Below are positions 12,900 through 24,995 of a stretch of DNA of 64,000 nt, piece by piece (the stretch's first letter is position 1; each line of letters opens with the position of its first letter). The stretch comes from Lama glama (Eukaryota). The notes under the pieces are model-generated. The model was not told the DNA's origin, searched no databases, and worked only from the letters and a program-made list of their open reading frames with translations. Both the position numbers and the translations under genes were made by a program. The stretch spans positions 97,278,001 through 97,342,000 of the forward strand of contig CM052819.1 of assembly GCA_028534125.1 (NCBI GenBank). Direction: 5' to 3'.

Positions 12900-13330
12900 T
12901 GCTAGTACAATTCAAACTCCTTCACGCTACCTTTAAAAAGGGCTCCACCACAGGACCCCCACTGAACTCTCCCTTTTCCCGTCCACATAGTCCCTCACAA
13001 ACCCCACCTGCCACCACGTGGGACCAGTCCTCCTCTCCCCTCAAGCCCAGCATCCTCCTGCTCCACCGGTGCCCTCGTGCTGCTCCCCTAGCCCTGCATG
13101 CTTTCCCTGCCTCCTCCCACCCCAAATTCTTGCTCATCTTCTATTCACCCTGCAGGATCCGCGCCTCAAGGGCTGTGTATCCCACAAAGTGATCTTTAGT
13201 CCCTGGACAAACGTGGTTCCCTGCTCAGTGCTTTCACCCCACTCTGCTTACATTTTGACCCAGATTAAGGCTTAAGTTATAATGATTGAGCATTGCATCA
13301 GTCTTCTCCGGCAAATTATGAACTCAACGC
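12900..13330 (+). mobile_element. L2 fragment(s)
   Basis: Pyrimidine-rich L2-like tract (aattcaaactcctt...ttcttgctcatcttc...). Confidence 0.4.
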
Positions 13331-15529
13331 AGTGATCATCCCCAGCGTCCCCAGCAGCAACTCTGCTGCTCCACCCACCGTAAACAATCACTGGATACAG
13401 AGCCACATCGGAAATGAGTAAATTCAATTAAAACACTGGGAAAGCGTGGGGAGTCCAAATGCACCCTCTGTTCCACCTTGGAATCTCGTCAGACCCCTGC
13501 AAACAGCTGCTTGGAGCAGAGTGAGGACTTTCACAGCTATTGGGGATTTGTAAACAAACGTTCTATCTGAAATCTAGGCCCCCAAACCACGGAGTACTAA
13601 CCTTCTGTTGGTTTGTGGGCCCTAGAATTTTCCATAAAGCCCAGATACACTTAAGGATTTATTTCATACATGTTTCACCACCATCCATCACTAATTAGAC
13701 AGTTAAGTTCTACAAACAGACATAATAGCCTGAGATGGTTTCATGGCTGGAACTGCAAGGATTTTCTGATGCTTCTGAACTTGCGGGACGATTTGAGGAC
13801 ACCTGGTAGCAGCCTCTAAAGTGAATCAAATTAACATTTAACAGAACCCAAGCAAAGACCCTGATCTGGAGCTGAATTGCCACAAATCACAGAAATTAAA
13901 CGCACAGTTTGTAACAGAGATTCTGCTGCCACGTGCAAGAAGAAACCTCTTGCCACCAAGGAGGCAGAGAAGAGGCAAGGACATCCCAGAACACCTGCAG
14001 GTCAGCACACCTACGGTCCCCACGGATGCTGCAGACACTCCCAGCCACATTCTACCTACGGAGTCAGGAGGTGGAGGACGTGTTCACGGTGGTTTTCAAA
14101 AGGGTGACCTGGGATGACAGTCTCACTGAAAAGGAGACACGCTAGAACCCACACCTGAAGGGGTGGCAGGGACCCCCCATGGCTCCCAGGGGAAGAGAGC
14201 TCCAGGCAGAGGGGGCGGCCAGGACGAGGGCTTTGAGGCTGGAGTTTGCCTGGTACGTCTGAGCCACAGCCAAGGGGAGGAGGTAAGAAGGGAACAGCAG
14301 AGGGGAGGGGGCAGCTCCTACTGGGGCCCCAGAAACCACTGTAAACACTTTGGTTTTGATGCTGGGGGTGGGGGGTGGGGGCGGCAGCGTGCACGGTAAA
14401 GCATGGAAAGGTTCTGAGCAGAGTGACACTGTCTGATCTAAAAGGTGCCCTCTGGCTATTGTTTTGAGACAGATGGTGGGAGAGCAAGACAGGAGCAGAG
14501 GGGCCATGCCGGAAAAGGCTCTCCAGCATCCACGCAGGGACCACACAGCTGCGGTCCAGAGTTACAGTCTAGGCACCGGCCACCAGCATGGATTTAAGAA
14601 CATCCAGGGACGTACACCTCCCCCGGCCCAGCGGCTGCGGACAGAAGCCCAGCAGCGGCCCCAGCGAGGGAGAGCACGTGACTCCGGATGAAAGAAGAGG
14701 CCTCTGCGAATTTCAGGTCATCTCCACAGCAGATGTGAGCGGCCAGTCAAGCAAGAGTCCAGCTTTAAGCCCGGGGAGTGAGAGAGGTCACCCAAAATGA
14801 AAAGGAGACTGAGACCCACCTTCTCGTGGGAGCTCCCTTGAAAATGCGGAGAAAACACACACCGCCAGAGAAGAAAGGTAGCCGGCCAGCACTGAGGACT
14901 CCGCACAGGACTCGGTCTCAAAGAGCAGCCCTTCGCAGCCAGCTGCGTGGCGAGGCCTCTGGGAACTGTCCCTTCTTTACCTGCCGCTGAACAAAAGAAA
15001 GGGGGATCGAGGTTACACACTCAGGTGGCTTTAAAGCCCAGCTGTGTCCCTGGCCTCCCAGCCCCTCCACTGAGTCACGGCTGAAGGTACAAGCATACCG
15101 CTCTCTGCACCCTCCCTCGGTCTTCCCCAGACACGGCCGGCCGGGCCCAGAGCGCAGACCAGCGCCCCACAGCATCCTGGCCAGGAGCCACCCCTCAGCC
15201 CCCTACTCTGGAACCAGCTCAGCCCCAACCATGTCTGAGGCCTCCAGCAAGTCACTAAACACCTCTGGCCTCCGTCCTCCTCTGCACGATGAGGATCAAG
15301 TGAGATCGTTCATGAATGCACCCAGTACCTGGATGGCACTCGACAATGGGGAATTATTCTTGGAATCATTACTGTTAATTCTGTTAACCTGTCCATGAAC
15401 GCGTAAGAAATCTATGTATTGGAAGCAAAGTAAAATGATGAAAAGATTCACTAGGACCAAGAAGTAAGAGATGCATCATTAAACAACAGAGGAATAAAAA
15501 TGGGGGGACGCTTTATTTTGTTTTGTCTG

Positions 15530-15898
15530 ATTAAATTTTTTATTAAAGTATGGTTGATTTCCAATATTATATCAGTTTCAGAAGTACAACATAGTGATTC
15601 GATATTTTTATAGATTATACTCCATTTAGAGTTATAAAATATTGGCTGCATGACCTGTGCTGTACAAAATACCCTCGTATCTTATTTATTTTATACATAG
15701 TAGTTTGGACCTTTTAATCCCTACCCCTATCTTGCCCTGCCCCCAGAGCTCTCCCCACTCACTTGCTCTCTATATCTGTGAGTCTGTTTCTGTTTCGTTC
15801 TATTCATTCCTTTTATTCTTCAAATTCCACATATCAGTGATAGCACACAGAACTTGCCTTTCTCTAACTGATTTTGCTAAACATAATATCCTATAGGT
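15530..15898 (-). mobile_element. L1 3' end (cetartiodactyl type)
   Basis: tttattaaagtatggttgatttccaatattatatcagtttcag...ctgtgagtctgtttctgttt...attccacatatcagtgata is the reverse complement of an L1 3' UTR. Confidence 0.9.
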
Positions 15899-16904
15899 CA
15901 GACGGGCCACTTGAAGCATATATTCAGAGAAAAGAAGACCCACCTCGAGCTAAGTGCCACCTTCCCGAAGACCTTGACCCTTCGTGAACAGATAAACCTC
16001 CTCAGTGCTTCTAAGGGAACTGTTAAGACAATTACATACGTTCCATATGACAACACTTGAAAACACTCTCTCAGGACACTAATTCAGCAATAAAATGCAT
16101 TAGACGTATTTAAGGTTCACACCCTTGGACCTGGTAAATCTGCATCTAAAATTTTTAAAGATATAAGAAGAGATGCAAAGGTTTACATATAAGGAAGTTC
16201 ATAAGCCCCACATTTAAGAAAATCAAAAACTGGAAGACTAAATATTGAGCCAGAGGAAACGAGTTAAATTGTTACATCCTTATAAGGAACTACTATGCAA
16301 TTCTCAAAAGGGGCGACTTTAGGAGAAATATCTATCAGGAGAGGCTGAGCTACCTGAGAACGTGGTAAACGGATTAGACCGGACCACAAGCATACTCCTG
16401 ACTCTGTCACATAATAATATATCATGGTACAGAAAACAGGCTTTGAAAGGAAAAAAAAAAAAAACTCCTTTAAGCCAGCAAGTACGGTTCAGGATGCTGA
16501 CATCAGCCACAGTGCCCAGGGACAGACCCAGGGGCCAGAGCCTCCCACTTTCCTGACACCCCCTCTGGATGCCAGTGAACATGGGCTCCCAAAATCTTCA
16601 GGAATTGAGTGTGGAAAACTAACTATTTTGGAGAGGCTTATTTAAGGGACATTTGTGAAAGATGTTTCCAGCATCCTGTATGCAAGTCAACTTAAAGACC
16701 CTGAAGACAAATGAATTCAATATAGGTTCTCAGTAAAGTACGCAAGATTGTCCAAAATGAGGCACCAACTTAGAACTGAAAGGACTGCCTGACTTGCTGT
16801 TTTGTTCTTGTTACCGTTATTTGGTGGAGGTGCTTTCAACCAAGTTTATACTTCTCAAATCTTTGCTTGACAAAGTAGAATTGCCTTCAGAACTCAAACT
16901 TCTA

Positions 16905-17478
16905 AGTAATTAGTTAAATGGTGTCCCTGAAAATTCATGTCCACCTGGTTATGTCCATGTAACTCCAGAATGTGGTCTCATTTAGAAATGGGGTCTTTGC
17001 AGATGTAATGAAGATAAGATGAGGTCACAGTGGATGAGAATGAGCCCCAAATCCAGTGACCGGTGGCACTGAAAGAAGAGAAGGTCTTGTAATAACCTAT
17101 AATGATAAAGAATATGAAAAAGAAAATATATATATAAAACTGAATCAAAATGCTGTACACCAGAAACTAACACAACACTGTAAATCAATGATACGTCACT
17201 TTAAAAAAAGAAGAGGAGAAGACATAAAGAGAAGAAGGTCATGTGAAGACAGAGGCAGAGATCTGCTGACGCAGCTAAAAGCCAAGCAATGCTAGGGACT
17301 GCCAGGAGCCACCAGACACTAAGAAGGGGACCCTTCCCTGGAGCCTTCAGAAGAACCATGGCCCTGCCAACACCTAGGTTTTGGGCTTCTGGCTTCCGGA
17401 AATGAAAAGGAATGAAATTCTGTTGTAAGGCACCAAGTTGGTGGTGATTTATTGTAACAGCCCTAGAACACTGGTACA
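16905..17478 (+). mobile_element. MLT1C/D-like MaLR solo LTR, interrupted by L1
   Basis: gaatgtggtctcatttagaaatggggtctttgcagatgtaat...catgtgaagacagaggcagagat...ggccctgccaacacc...cagccctagaacactggtaca. Confidence 0.85.
17085..17210 (+). mobile_element. 5'-truncated L1 3' end nested in MLT1
   Basis: cttgtaataacctataatg...gctgtacaccagaaactaacacaacactgtaaatca plus an A tail; flanked by aaagaagag (17072-17080, 17207-17215). Confidence 0.88.
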
Positions 17479-17528
17479 GTGTACAAGCACCAGCCCCACA
17501 GACAAGAGAAAGTAAACATACAAAGGAT

Positions 17529-17877
17529 TGCCGTGGACTGAATGCCTGTGTTCCACCCACCCCCTACCTCAGACTCATGTGTTGAAGCCCTTGTCCCCAG
17601 TGTGATGGTATTTGGAGCTGGACTTTGGGGAGGTGATCAGGTCATAAGGGTGGAGCCCTCATAAGTGGGATTAGTGGCCTTACCAGAAGAGACATAAGAA
17701 AAGAGAATTTCTCCTTCATGTGAGGATACAGCAGAAGATGTCCCTCTACAAACCAGGAGGAAGACTCTCTCCAGACACCAAATCCACCAGTGCCTTAACC
17801 TTGGACTTCCCAGCCATGTTGTTGAAGCCACCCAGGCTACAATGTTTTTGTTACAGCTGCCCGAGCTGACTAAGACA
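17529..17877 (+). mobile_element. MLT1A0-like MaLR solo LTR
   Basis: TG...CA ends; gtgatggtatttggag...agggtggagccctcat...gggattagtg...ttggacttcccagcc...ctgactaagaca. Confidence 0.88.
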
Positions 17878-18026
17878 GGATGACCAGAAGGAAAGTATGC
17901 TAAAGACGCATGTTAATTTACAGCTTCATTTCAGACTGGGTGTAGGAGTGGGAGATAGTTGTAAAGAAATGCTGAAAGATGAAAATAATGCTAAGACTTT
18001 ATTAGCAGCTGTCTTGCTTCTCAAAA

Positions 18027-18197
18027 CAGTGGTCCCTACGCATCTGTGTGCATAAGCTTACCAGGCAAGAGCATTAGAATACAGACCCCTATGCACCCCA
18101 CCACCCTAGTCTCTGATGCAACAGAGGGTGTATTTTTAACAAGTACCATCATGTTCTAACAAAGCTGGCTTCCTGGTCACACTTAGAAAGACTCTGC
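18027..18197. mobile_element. MER5-like DNA transposon
   Basis: cagtggtccct...tagaatacagacccc...gtatttttaacaag...cacacttagaaag. Confidence 0.55.
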
Positions 18198-18449
18198 TGG
18201 GGATTCAACATGAATATCTCTAAAGTCCTCTTTAGAGATGCCCATCTACCTTCTTCTCCAGCCTAGGCTCTCAAGTCCCTCTCCAGAAACCCCAAAGCAC
18301 ATGACCCCTTCCTGCCTGAGCTCACACCATCCATGACTTCTGCTGGGGATGTCCTGCACCTCCACCTGCACCCACCTTTGCCTGGCTGCTCCTGGACTCA
18401 TCAGCACAGGCCTGGCTGCCTCAAGAAAATCTCTCTGACTGCACACTGA

Positions 18450-18700
18450 TCACTCACTCATTCATTCACCATCTCTCCAGAGCCTACTAAGAACCAACGT
18501 TCTTGGTACCAAGAAAAATTACCCCCACAGAACTGATACTCTTATAGGTAAAGACACAAGAAACACACATGTAGTGGCTAGGAGATGGACTCTGGAGCCA
18601 GACTGCCTCACTTGGAATCCTGAGACAAGCTCAGCCCCCAACCTCACCCCAATGGGGCTGTTGCCAAGATCCAGCGAGAGTGCAGGAAGAGATCGTTACT
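18450..18700. mobile_element. L2 3' end (-) and MIR fragment (+)
   Basis: cactcactcattcattca (L2 tail) and gtagtggctaggagatggactctggagccagactgcc (MIR 5' end). Confidence 0.6.
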
Positions 18701-19444
18701 ACAAGATCATTTCAGATTCTGACACGTACTATATAATAAACAGGGTGCCGTGATACAGTAACTGGTTCTCTATCATGGGGAGGACATCATGGGGTAGGGG
18801 ACGGTTATTTAGGGTAAACCTTGAAGGAGCTGTGTCATAAGGTTTGGCCAGTCTTGGGGATCCAACATTTTAGTTCTCAGACAACAAAATCTCAGCGGTC
18901 AGAGAGCTGTTCTCCAGCATGTCTGTGCGCAGTGTGCCTCCTGGCAAGGACTGAGCTATTTTCATCATAAAGATTTGACTGAGACAGTCCTTTAAGGAAT
19001 TCTGAGAGCAGTGGGGCTGACGGACGGAGGCCCAGCAAGAGAGGAAGGACAAGTCGGATACTCCTGGTGGCTGTGACCACTGTGATCAGCCTCAGGAACC
19101 TCTGATGCCATCCTTTGAAAATCCAGAGAAATTATGAGTGACGCTATTGGTGATAAGAGTTCCACAGGCCCAGAGAATAGCAAGGATTGCAATGTTAATT
19201 ATCAATGCCAATGCGACAGCGTGGAACCCACATGCTGGGGAGGCCTGCTGACTTTTGAACTCTAAGTCTGTAACCCTGGGCTATGTCTCCGATCACCATG
19301 TTAGGTACTCCAGGGTAGGGGACGCATCTATCTCTGAATGCACATGAACTAGAGCGAGGGAACACGCTAAATGTAATCCTGGGTGAACAGAGGAACAAAC
19401 CTACAAATGGTCCTGGGTCATAAAGCATCAAAACAGACATGACA

Positions 19445-19530
19445 GGGAGAGGGTATAGCTCAGTGGTAGAGTGAATTAAAAAAAAAGAAAGAAACCTAAT
19501 TACCACCACCACCACTCCTGAAAAAAAAGG
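19445..19530 (+). mobile_element. Internally deleted Vic-1-like SINE
   Basis: gggagagggtatagctcagtggtagagtg is joined directly to the tail (aaacctaattacc...aaaa); the B-box segment is missing. Confidence 0.75.
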
Positions 19531-19579
19531 TGTGAAAAAAATTAAAATTAAATTTAAAATGTTTTAAAAACATACAACA

Positions 19580-19634
19580 TGGTATATATCTGAAACTAAT
19601 ATAATATTGTAAATCCACTGTATTGAAATTAAAA
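19580..19634 (+). mobile_element. Very short L1 3' terminus
   Basis: tatatctgaaactaatataatattgtaaatccactgtattgaaattaaaa. Confidence 0.65.
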
Positions 19635-19686
19635 CATGCATGCACATGCACATGCACACATGCATGCACGCACACACATACACACA
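19635..19686. repeat. (CATG/CA)n alternating purine-pyrimidine microsatellite
   Basis: catgcatgcacatgcacatgcacacatgcatgcacgcacacacatacacaca. Confidence 0.9.
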
Positions 19687-21009
19687 GTGATGGTTAGATT
19701 GCCTGGAAATGGTAATTGCTGGACCTTACATGCCATATTTTTGGTCATCTTGTAGAATCCTAGATATCAAGGTAGGTGATGTATGATGAAATAGGCCCTA
19801 AAGCCATGATGGACTTGTCCATGGTCCCACATCTAGCAGCCATGACAAGCACTATCCATAATGACAGCAGCCCGCTCCACCTGTAAGTTTGGACCCAGAA
19901 AAACTATACCCTGCAGCTCCTAGCACCATTCAACTCCTTCTTGCCCGACTCCAAATTTCTTATGTTCCTATGTCCCAGTGAATCTAAAAGAACTGCCTGA
20001 TCATTTACTGATTAAAAAAGTTCTGATGCCTTCAGCACTGACACTTCAGAGGAGACAGCTCCCTCCAGAAGATTCTAGTGCCCTCCAGAAAGGCCTCGAG
20101 AGGACACACCACCTCCACTCCCGCTCCTGGTGAGTCACAGTTAGGAGGGGAATGCAGTGACTGCCCCACATAGGGATGGGGGTGCTTGGAATTACAGGAT
20201 GCAAATCTGAAGTCTGTAAGATAAAGCTTCCAACCTTTGCTTTAAGGCGTTTTACAGCCTGGAAGTAACCTGCCGTCCCCGCCTGGTTCCTGTAGCTGCT
20301 CCTCCCACCGTGGTTACAGCAGCCTCCTTGAATCCCCATCCCCATGAACAAACTGAGACCTCTGCACTTTTGCTCGGGACCTCAACCCAGAAACTGCTTT
20401 CCCTCCATGTGCATGGTGGCTTCCTAAGACTTTACTCACCTATCAAAATCCCAATCGGGCATCGTCGTCACTCCCTAAAGATTCCCTTGAATACTTCAGG
20501 GAGAACCACCCATGCTCCACCACCATGGTCCAGACTCGGGACCATCCATCAGTATGGATGGCTCTCTGTCCTGTGACAGGGTGACCTCCTCAAGGACACA
20601 AACTGAGTCTCACTTTTTACTACATCATCATCGCCAACAGAGTCACTTAATAGACACTGATTGGAGGCTATCCCAGTGTGAGATCTGTGGACAGCAACCA
20701 TCCTGAAAATGTGAGCATTAAGCCAGAGGGGGCTCCCTCATCTTCTGCTCGTTAGACACTTTCAAAGCAACCAAGGTGTCTCCATTACAGAAATTAGTAG
20801 TTTGTGATTAATATCTATGTAGAAATTCACTCAATGCCCATCTTCCCCACAAAATCAATAGCTCTTTAGAGCCATGGGATGTGTCTGGTATTTACCGCTG
20901 TATCTCTGGGTCCCAGCCCTACATCTGGCCCTTGGCAACAGGAGCAATCAGATGGTGATAAACAAATCCCTTACCAGTGAGATGAGTTGACACCTTAGAA
21001 AGTTACATG

Positions 21010-21153
21010 NNNNNNNNNNNNNNNNNNNNNNNNNNNNNNNNNNNNNNNNNNNNNNNNNNNNNNNNNNNNNNNNNNNNNNNNNNNNNNNNNNNNNNNNNNN
21101 NNNNNNNNNNNNNNNNNNNNNNNNNNNNNNNNNNNNNNNNNNNNNNNNNNNNN
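21010..21153. other. Assembly gap (144 N)
   Basis: Run of N abutting an L1 fragment. Confidence 0.99.
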
Positions 21154-21345
21154 CAACATCTGGAGGGAAAGGGGTAGTGACTGCTGGGTACAGGGTTTCT
21201 TCTGGGGGTGATAACAATCTTCTATAATTGATTGCGGTGATAACTGCACAACCCTGAAAATATACTAAAAAAATCACTGGCTTGTACACTTGAAATGGTG
21301 AACCACATGGTATGTGAATTGTATCTTAATAAAGCTGTTCTCCAA
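21154..21345 (+). mobile_element. L1MB-like 3' end
   Basis: gggtacagggtttcttctgggggtgat...gtacacttgaaatggtgaac...tgtgaattgtatcttaataaagctgtt. Confidence 0.88.
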
Positions 21346-21625
21346 GAAAAAGTTGTGTAAGTTCTGCTGTCAAGGATATTCAAAAACTAAGTCTGCTCGA
21401 AGGTAAATGGTATCCTTAGCAGAAACCATGGGAATCTTCAGAAAACAGATAAATTTTTAATAGATACAGATTTGATCTTATTTTGTATCTTATAACCAGA
21501 ACTTGAAAGAATGCTTGAAAGCATCTGCTTTGAGTTTATTAATAAAGTATTGGAAACTGGGACAGAGAAATTTAGTGATTTAAGATCTCATATCCAGTTG
21601 GTAGCAGCTTAAGATCCAAACTCAA

Positions 21626-22082
21626 TCACAGCAACATTATTCACAACAGTCAGAAGATGGAAGCAACCCAGGTATCCATGGATGGATGACTGGTTAATGA
21701 AAACGTGACATATATACAGAAGAGAGTATTATTCAGCCTTAAAAAGGAAGGGAACCCTCTAAGATGAACCTCAAGACATTATGTTAAGTGAAAGAACCCA
21801 GTCACTAAAGGACAAATACTATAGGATTCCACTTATATGAGGGACCTAGACTCTATTAAATCTATAGAAACAGAAAGCAGACTGGTGATTGCCAGGGGCT
21901 GGGGGAGGGGAGAATGGGGAATTGTTGTTTAATGGATACAGTTTCAGTTTTGCAACATATAAATAATTCTACAAATGGATTACACAGCAATGTGAATGTA
22001 CTCACTACTGAACGGTACACTTAGAAATGGTTAAAATGATGAATTTTGTGTCCTGTGTATTTTATCACAATTTACAATAAAT
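21626..22082 (+). mobile_element. L1MB-like 3' end inserted into a MIR
   Basis: cacagcaacattattcacaa...gaaagcagactggtgattgccaggggctggggg...gtacacttagaaatggttaaaatg; TSD agatccaa(a/g)ctcaa at 21612-21625 and 22167-22180. Confidence 0.9.
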
Positions 22083-22084
22083 GT

Positions 22085-22146
22085 TTTTAATTTTTTCATT
22101 GAAGTATAGTTGATTTACAATGTTGTTAGTTTCAGGTGTACAGCAA
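22085..22146 (-). mobile_element. Short antisense L1 3' terminus
   Basis: ttttttcattgaagtatagttgatttacaatgttgttagtttcaggtgtacagcaa. Confidence 0.85.
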
Positions 22147-22514
22147 TATAATAATTTTTTTTAAAGAGATCCAAGCTCAAGTCTCCTAACTCCTACCCTA
22201 GCCACAATCTCCTGCATGGCCCTCCCAGACCCAGATGAAAAGGAGACACACTCAGACTTCACTCATAGAGAAATCAGTCAGTCCCTCCAAGAGACTGCTT
22301 CTAGGGAATTCCAAGAATTTTAACAAATCTCAGCAGCCCTGATCAGTATACAGATCAACAAAATAGAAGCCACTCCACATGTCTGAGTGTTCCTGGAACA
22401 AAGCTCTGCCAGAAGGAAAGTGGGCGGCTGCAAAGGTAGCCGGCAATGGGCTCACAGCAGGACAGACAGCTTTCTCCAGGACAGAGCGTCTCAGACCGAA
22501 CTGGGCCCAGAAGC

Positions 22515-22637
22515 AGCCAGGGATCTTCAGAAAATGCAGATTCTGGTTCACCTGGGTGAGGCCTGAGATCCTGCATTTCTAACAGGCTCCCAGATGACAC
22601 AGGTGCGATGCTGGTCCCAGGGACCACTCTTGACTGC
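22515..22637. mobile_element. MER5A-like fragment
   Basis: aaaatgcagattctg...ctgcatttctaacaggctcccagatga...gatgctggtcccagggaccactcttga. Confidence 0.75.
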
Positions 22638-23645
22638 TTTGGGCAGCCAGGGTCGAGATGAAACTCCACACCACATTCCTCTCCCCAGATGAGCAGCTAC
22701 CTTCATGGGCTGGGAACTCCATGAAATCATTCAGTTTGCAGTGGAACTAAGCACACCATCACAAGTCAACGTATCTCAGCTCATTTTAGCTGGCGTTAGA
22801 AAACATACATGTTCAGATTTTATGGTTTATGAAAACAGAAGTTTGATTTATATTAAAACTGGGTCAGTGGATTGACTGCTTGATTGGGGGATTTGGGGGG
22901 AGAAAAAAACAACTGTGGTCCCATTCTTTAAAGGGAGCACTATTTAAATAGGACTTAAAACTCAGCAGTCGGTAGAACCTGCTCTAATAATCTGATTCAG
23001 ACACTTGTTCAGATCCCTTGAGAAACCATCTTGGCAAAAGCCACAACACAGAGAGCCCACCCATCCTGCTTTACAAAGAGTCATAGACAACGTGCTTTTT
23101 TCACCTTGATTTTCATGAAGTTTTGGTTTTCATGCCAGTCCCTCGTGAAAATTAGCTAGGAAGAAAAGTCGTCTGCAAAGTTAAGAGAGGTTTGTAAGGG
23201 CTTGGGCCTGCGGTCAACGGGACAAAGACTGTACAGGAAAAGACAAGCACCGAGAGAAGCAAAAATGACAGGTTATATCTTTAGGATTAGAGGTCACAAA
23301 TTAAAATTAAAAGTAATCATATGGGGGCAGGTACTTTTAAAAGGAGAAAGCAAATAATTGGATCTTTGCAATCAAAAACTATTCCAAAATACTCTATAGA
23401 AACTGAGTGCAATTACAGAGAACTTTGCACCAAAGGAGCTTCTCACTTTCACAGCAATTGCTAATACCTGTTCCCGGATCTGTGACAACTAATTAGCCCT
23501 CATTTTATTGCTATTGCAATTAGCAACTCCCCCATAGGAGACGGTGGTTTACCTGTTACTCATAATATCCATTAAGTGATTCTCTCAAGGTTCAAAGCTC
23601 ACAGACTTTACCAGTGTTTCCTTGCTGCCAAGCCAACTTAATTAG

Positions 23646-23695
23646 AAACAAAACAAAACAAAACAAAACAAAACAAAACAAAACAAAACAAAACA
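23646..23695. repeat. (AAAAC)n microsatellite
   Basis: About 10 perfect AAAAC units. Confidence 0.95.
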
Positions 23696-24029
23696 CAACC
23701 TTCACCTTAAAGGACAGGCATCAACAATTCAAATGAAAACCTCAAGATGTTAAAGGAAAAAGAATACAGTGCTTAGTACTAACCACAGTACAACAAAATA
23801 AGAATTTTCATATTCTGCCCTGGTGGTGTCACTGGTAAAATCTTTTTAGTGTAAAGTAAATAGGCAACATACAAACTTTTTACAATGTTCAGACTCTTTG
23901 ATTTAATACTTCCTCTTCTGAGGATCTATTCTAAAGACATGATCCAAAATTTGAAAGTTTTGGAAATAAGGACATCCTCTGCAGTATTCAGTCACAATAG
24001 AATAAGAATGTGAAATGAGCCCTGGGGGT

Positions 24030-24470
24030 CTGCACCCTGTCATCGTAGCGAAGCAGGAACTACATTTCCCAGAATCCCCTCTCCCGGGCGGTACTGGTTT
24101 AGGATTGGCCACGAGGGGAGTCGGCCCAGGATTTGGAAGCACAAGTGGAGAAGCGGGTGGGGTCAGGGTCGTGAGTTCATTTGGTGCCGCAGGGGGGCCA
24201 CAGCCCCTCTAGCTCCTGAGCCAGACTCGTGTGCAGCTCCAAAGGCACAGGCAGAGGGGTTCTCTGCAAGTCACCCCGAGTCATGGAGGCAGGAGGCGGG
24301 AGGAGAGACTCGGGCTTCAGTGTGCCCTGGCTCTCCCAGCACCAACCTGCGGCTGTTTGGCCCGACATGTGCAGCCAGAGGCAGAGACAAGAGCCTTCCA
24401 CAGACTTCTCCCGGCTCCCACAAGGGCCTGGGCTCAACTTCCCATGAGAAATCCCTCTTCCTCATCTCTC
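24030..24470. mobile_element. LTR16-like ERVL solo LTR
   Basis: ggaactacatttcccagaatcccctctccc motif typical of LTR16-group LTRs. Confidence 0.55.
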
Positions 24471-24472
24471 AC

Positions 24473-24995
24473 TGTGGTGCTTCACTTTATGCATCTCCAT
24501 GACTAGCTAAGATGCCTAGACAATTGGTAAAGCAGTATTTCTGGGTGAGTCCGTGAGGTGTTTCTAGATGAGATTAGCTTTCACTAAAGTGGGCGGGCGT
24601 CATCCAATTCACTGAGGGACTGAAGAGAACAGAAAAGTGGAGGGAGCATGAATTTTCTCTCTGGGTGGGGATATCCATCTTCTTCTGCCCCAGGACATTG
24701 GCAGTCCTGGTTCTCAGGCCTTCGGATTCAGACTGAGCCACACGACTGGCTTTCCTGGTCTCTGGTGTGCAGGTAGCGGGCAGATCATGGGACTTCTCAG
24801 CAATCAGAACTGCAGGAACCAATTCCCATAATAAACCTAAATGTTTCTCTCCCACTCTTTTTTCTTCTTCTTTCTTTCTTTCTCTTTCCTCCTCTCTCTC
24901 TTCCCCCCATATGGATGGGTAGATAGGTAGATAGATGGATAGATGGATAAAGGTATTCTATTGGTTTGTTCTGTTTCTCAGGAGAACCCTAATAA
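24473..24995 (+). mobile_element. MLT2-like ERVL solo LTR
   Basis: atttctgggtgagtccgtgaggtgtttctagatgagattagc...catccaattcactgaggg...cagatcatgggacttctcagc...ttctgtttctcaggagaaccctaa. Confidence 0.85.
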
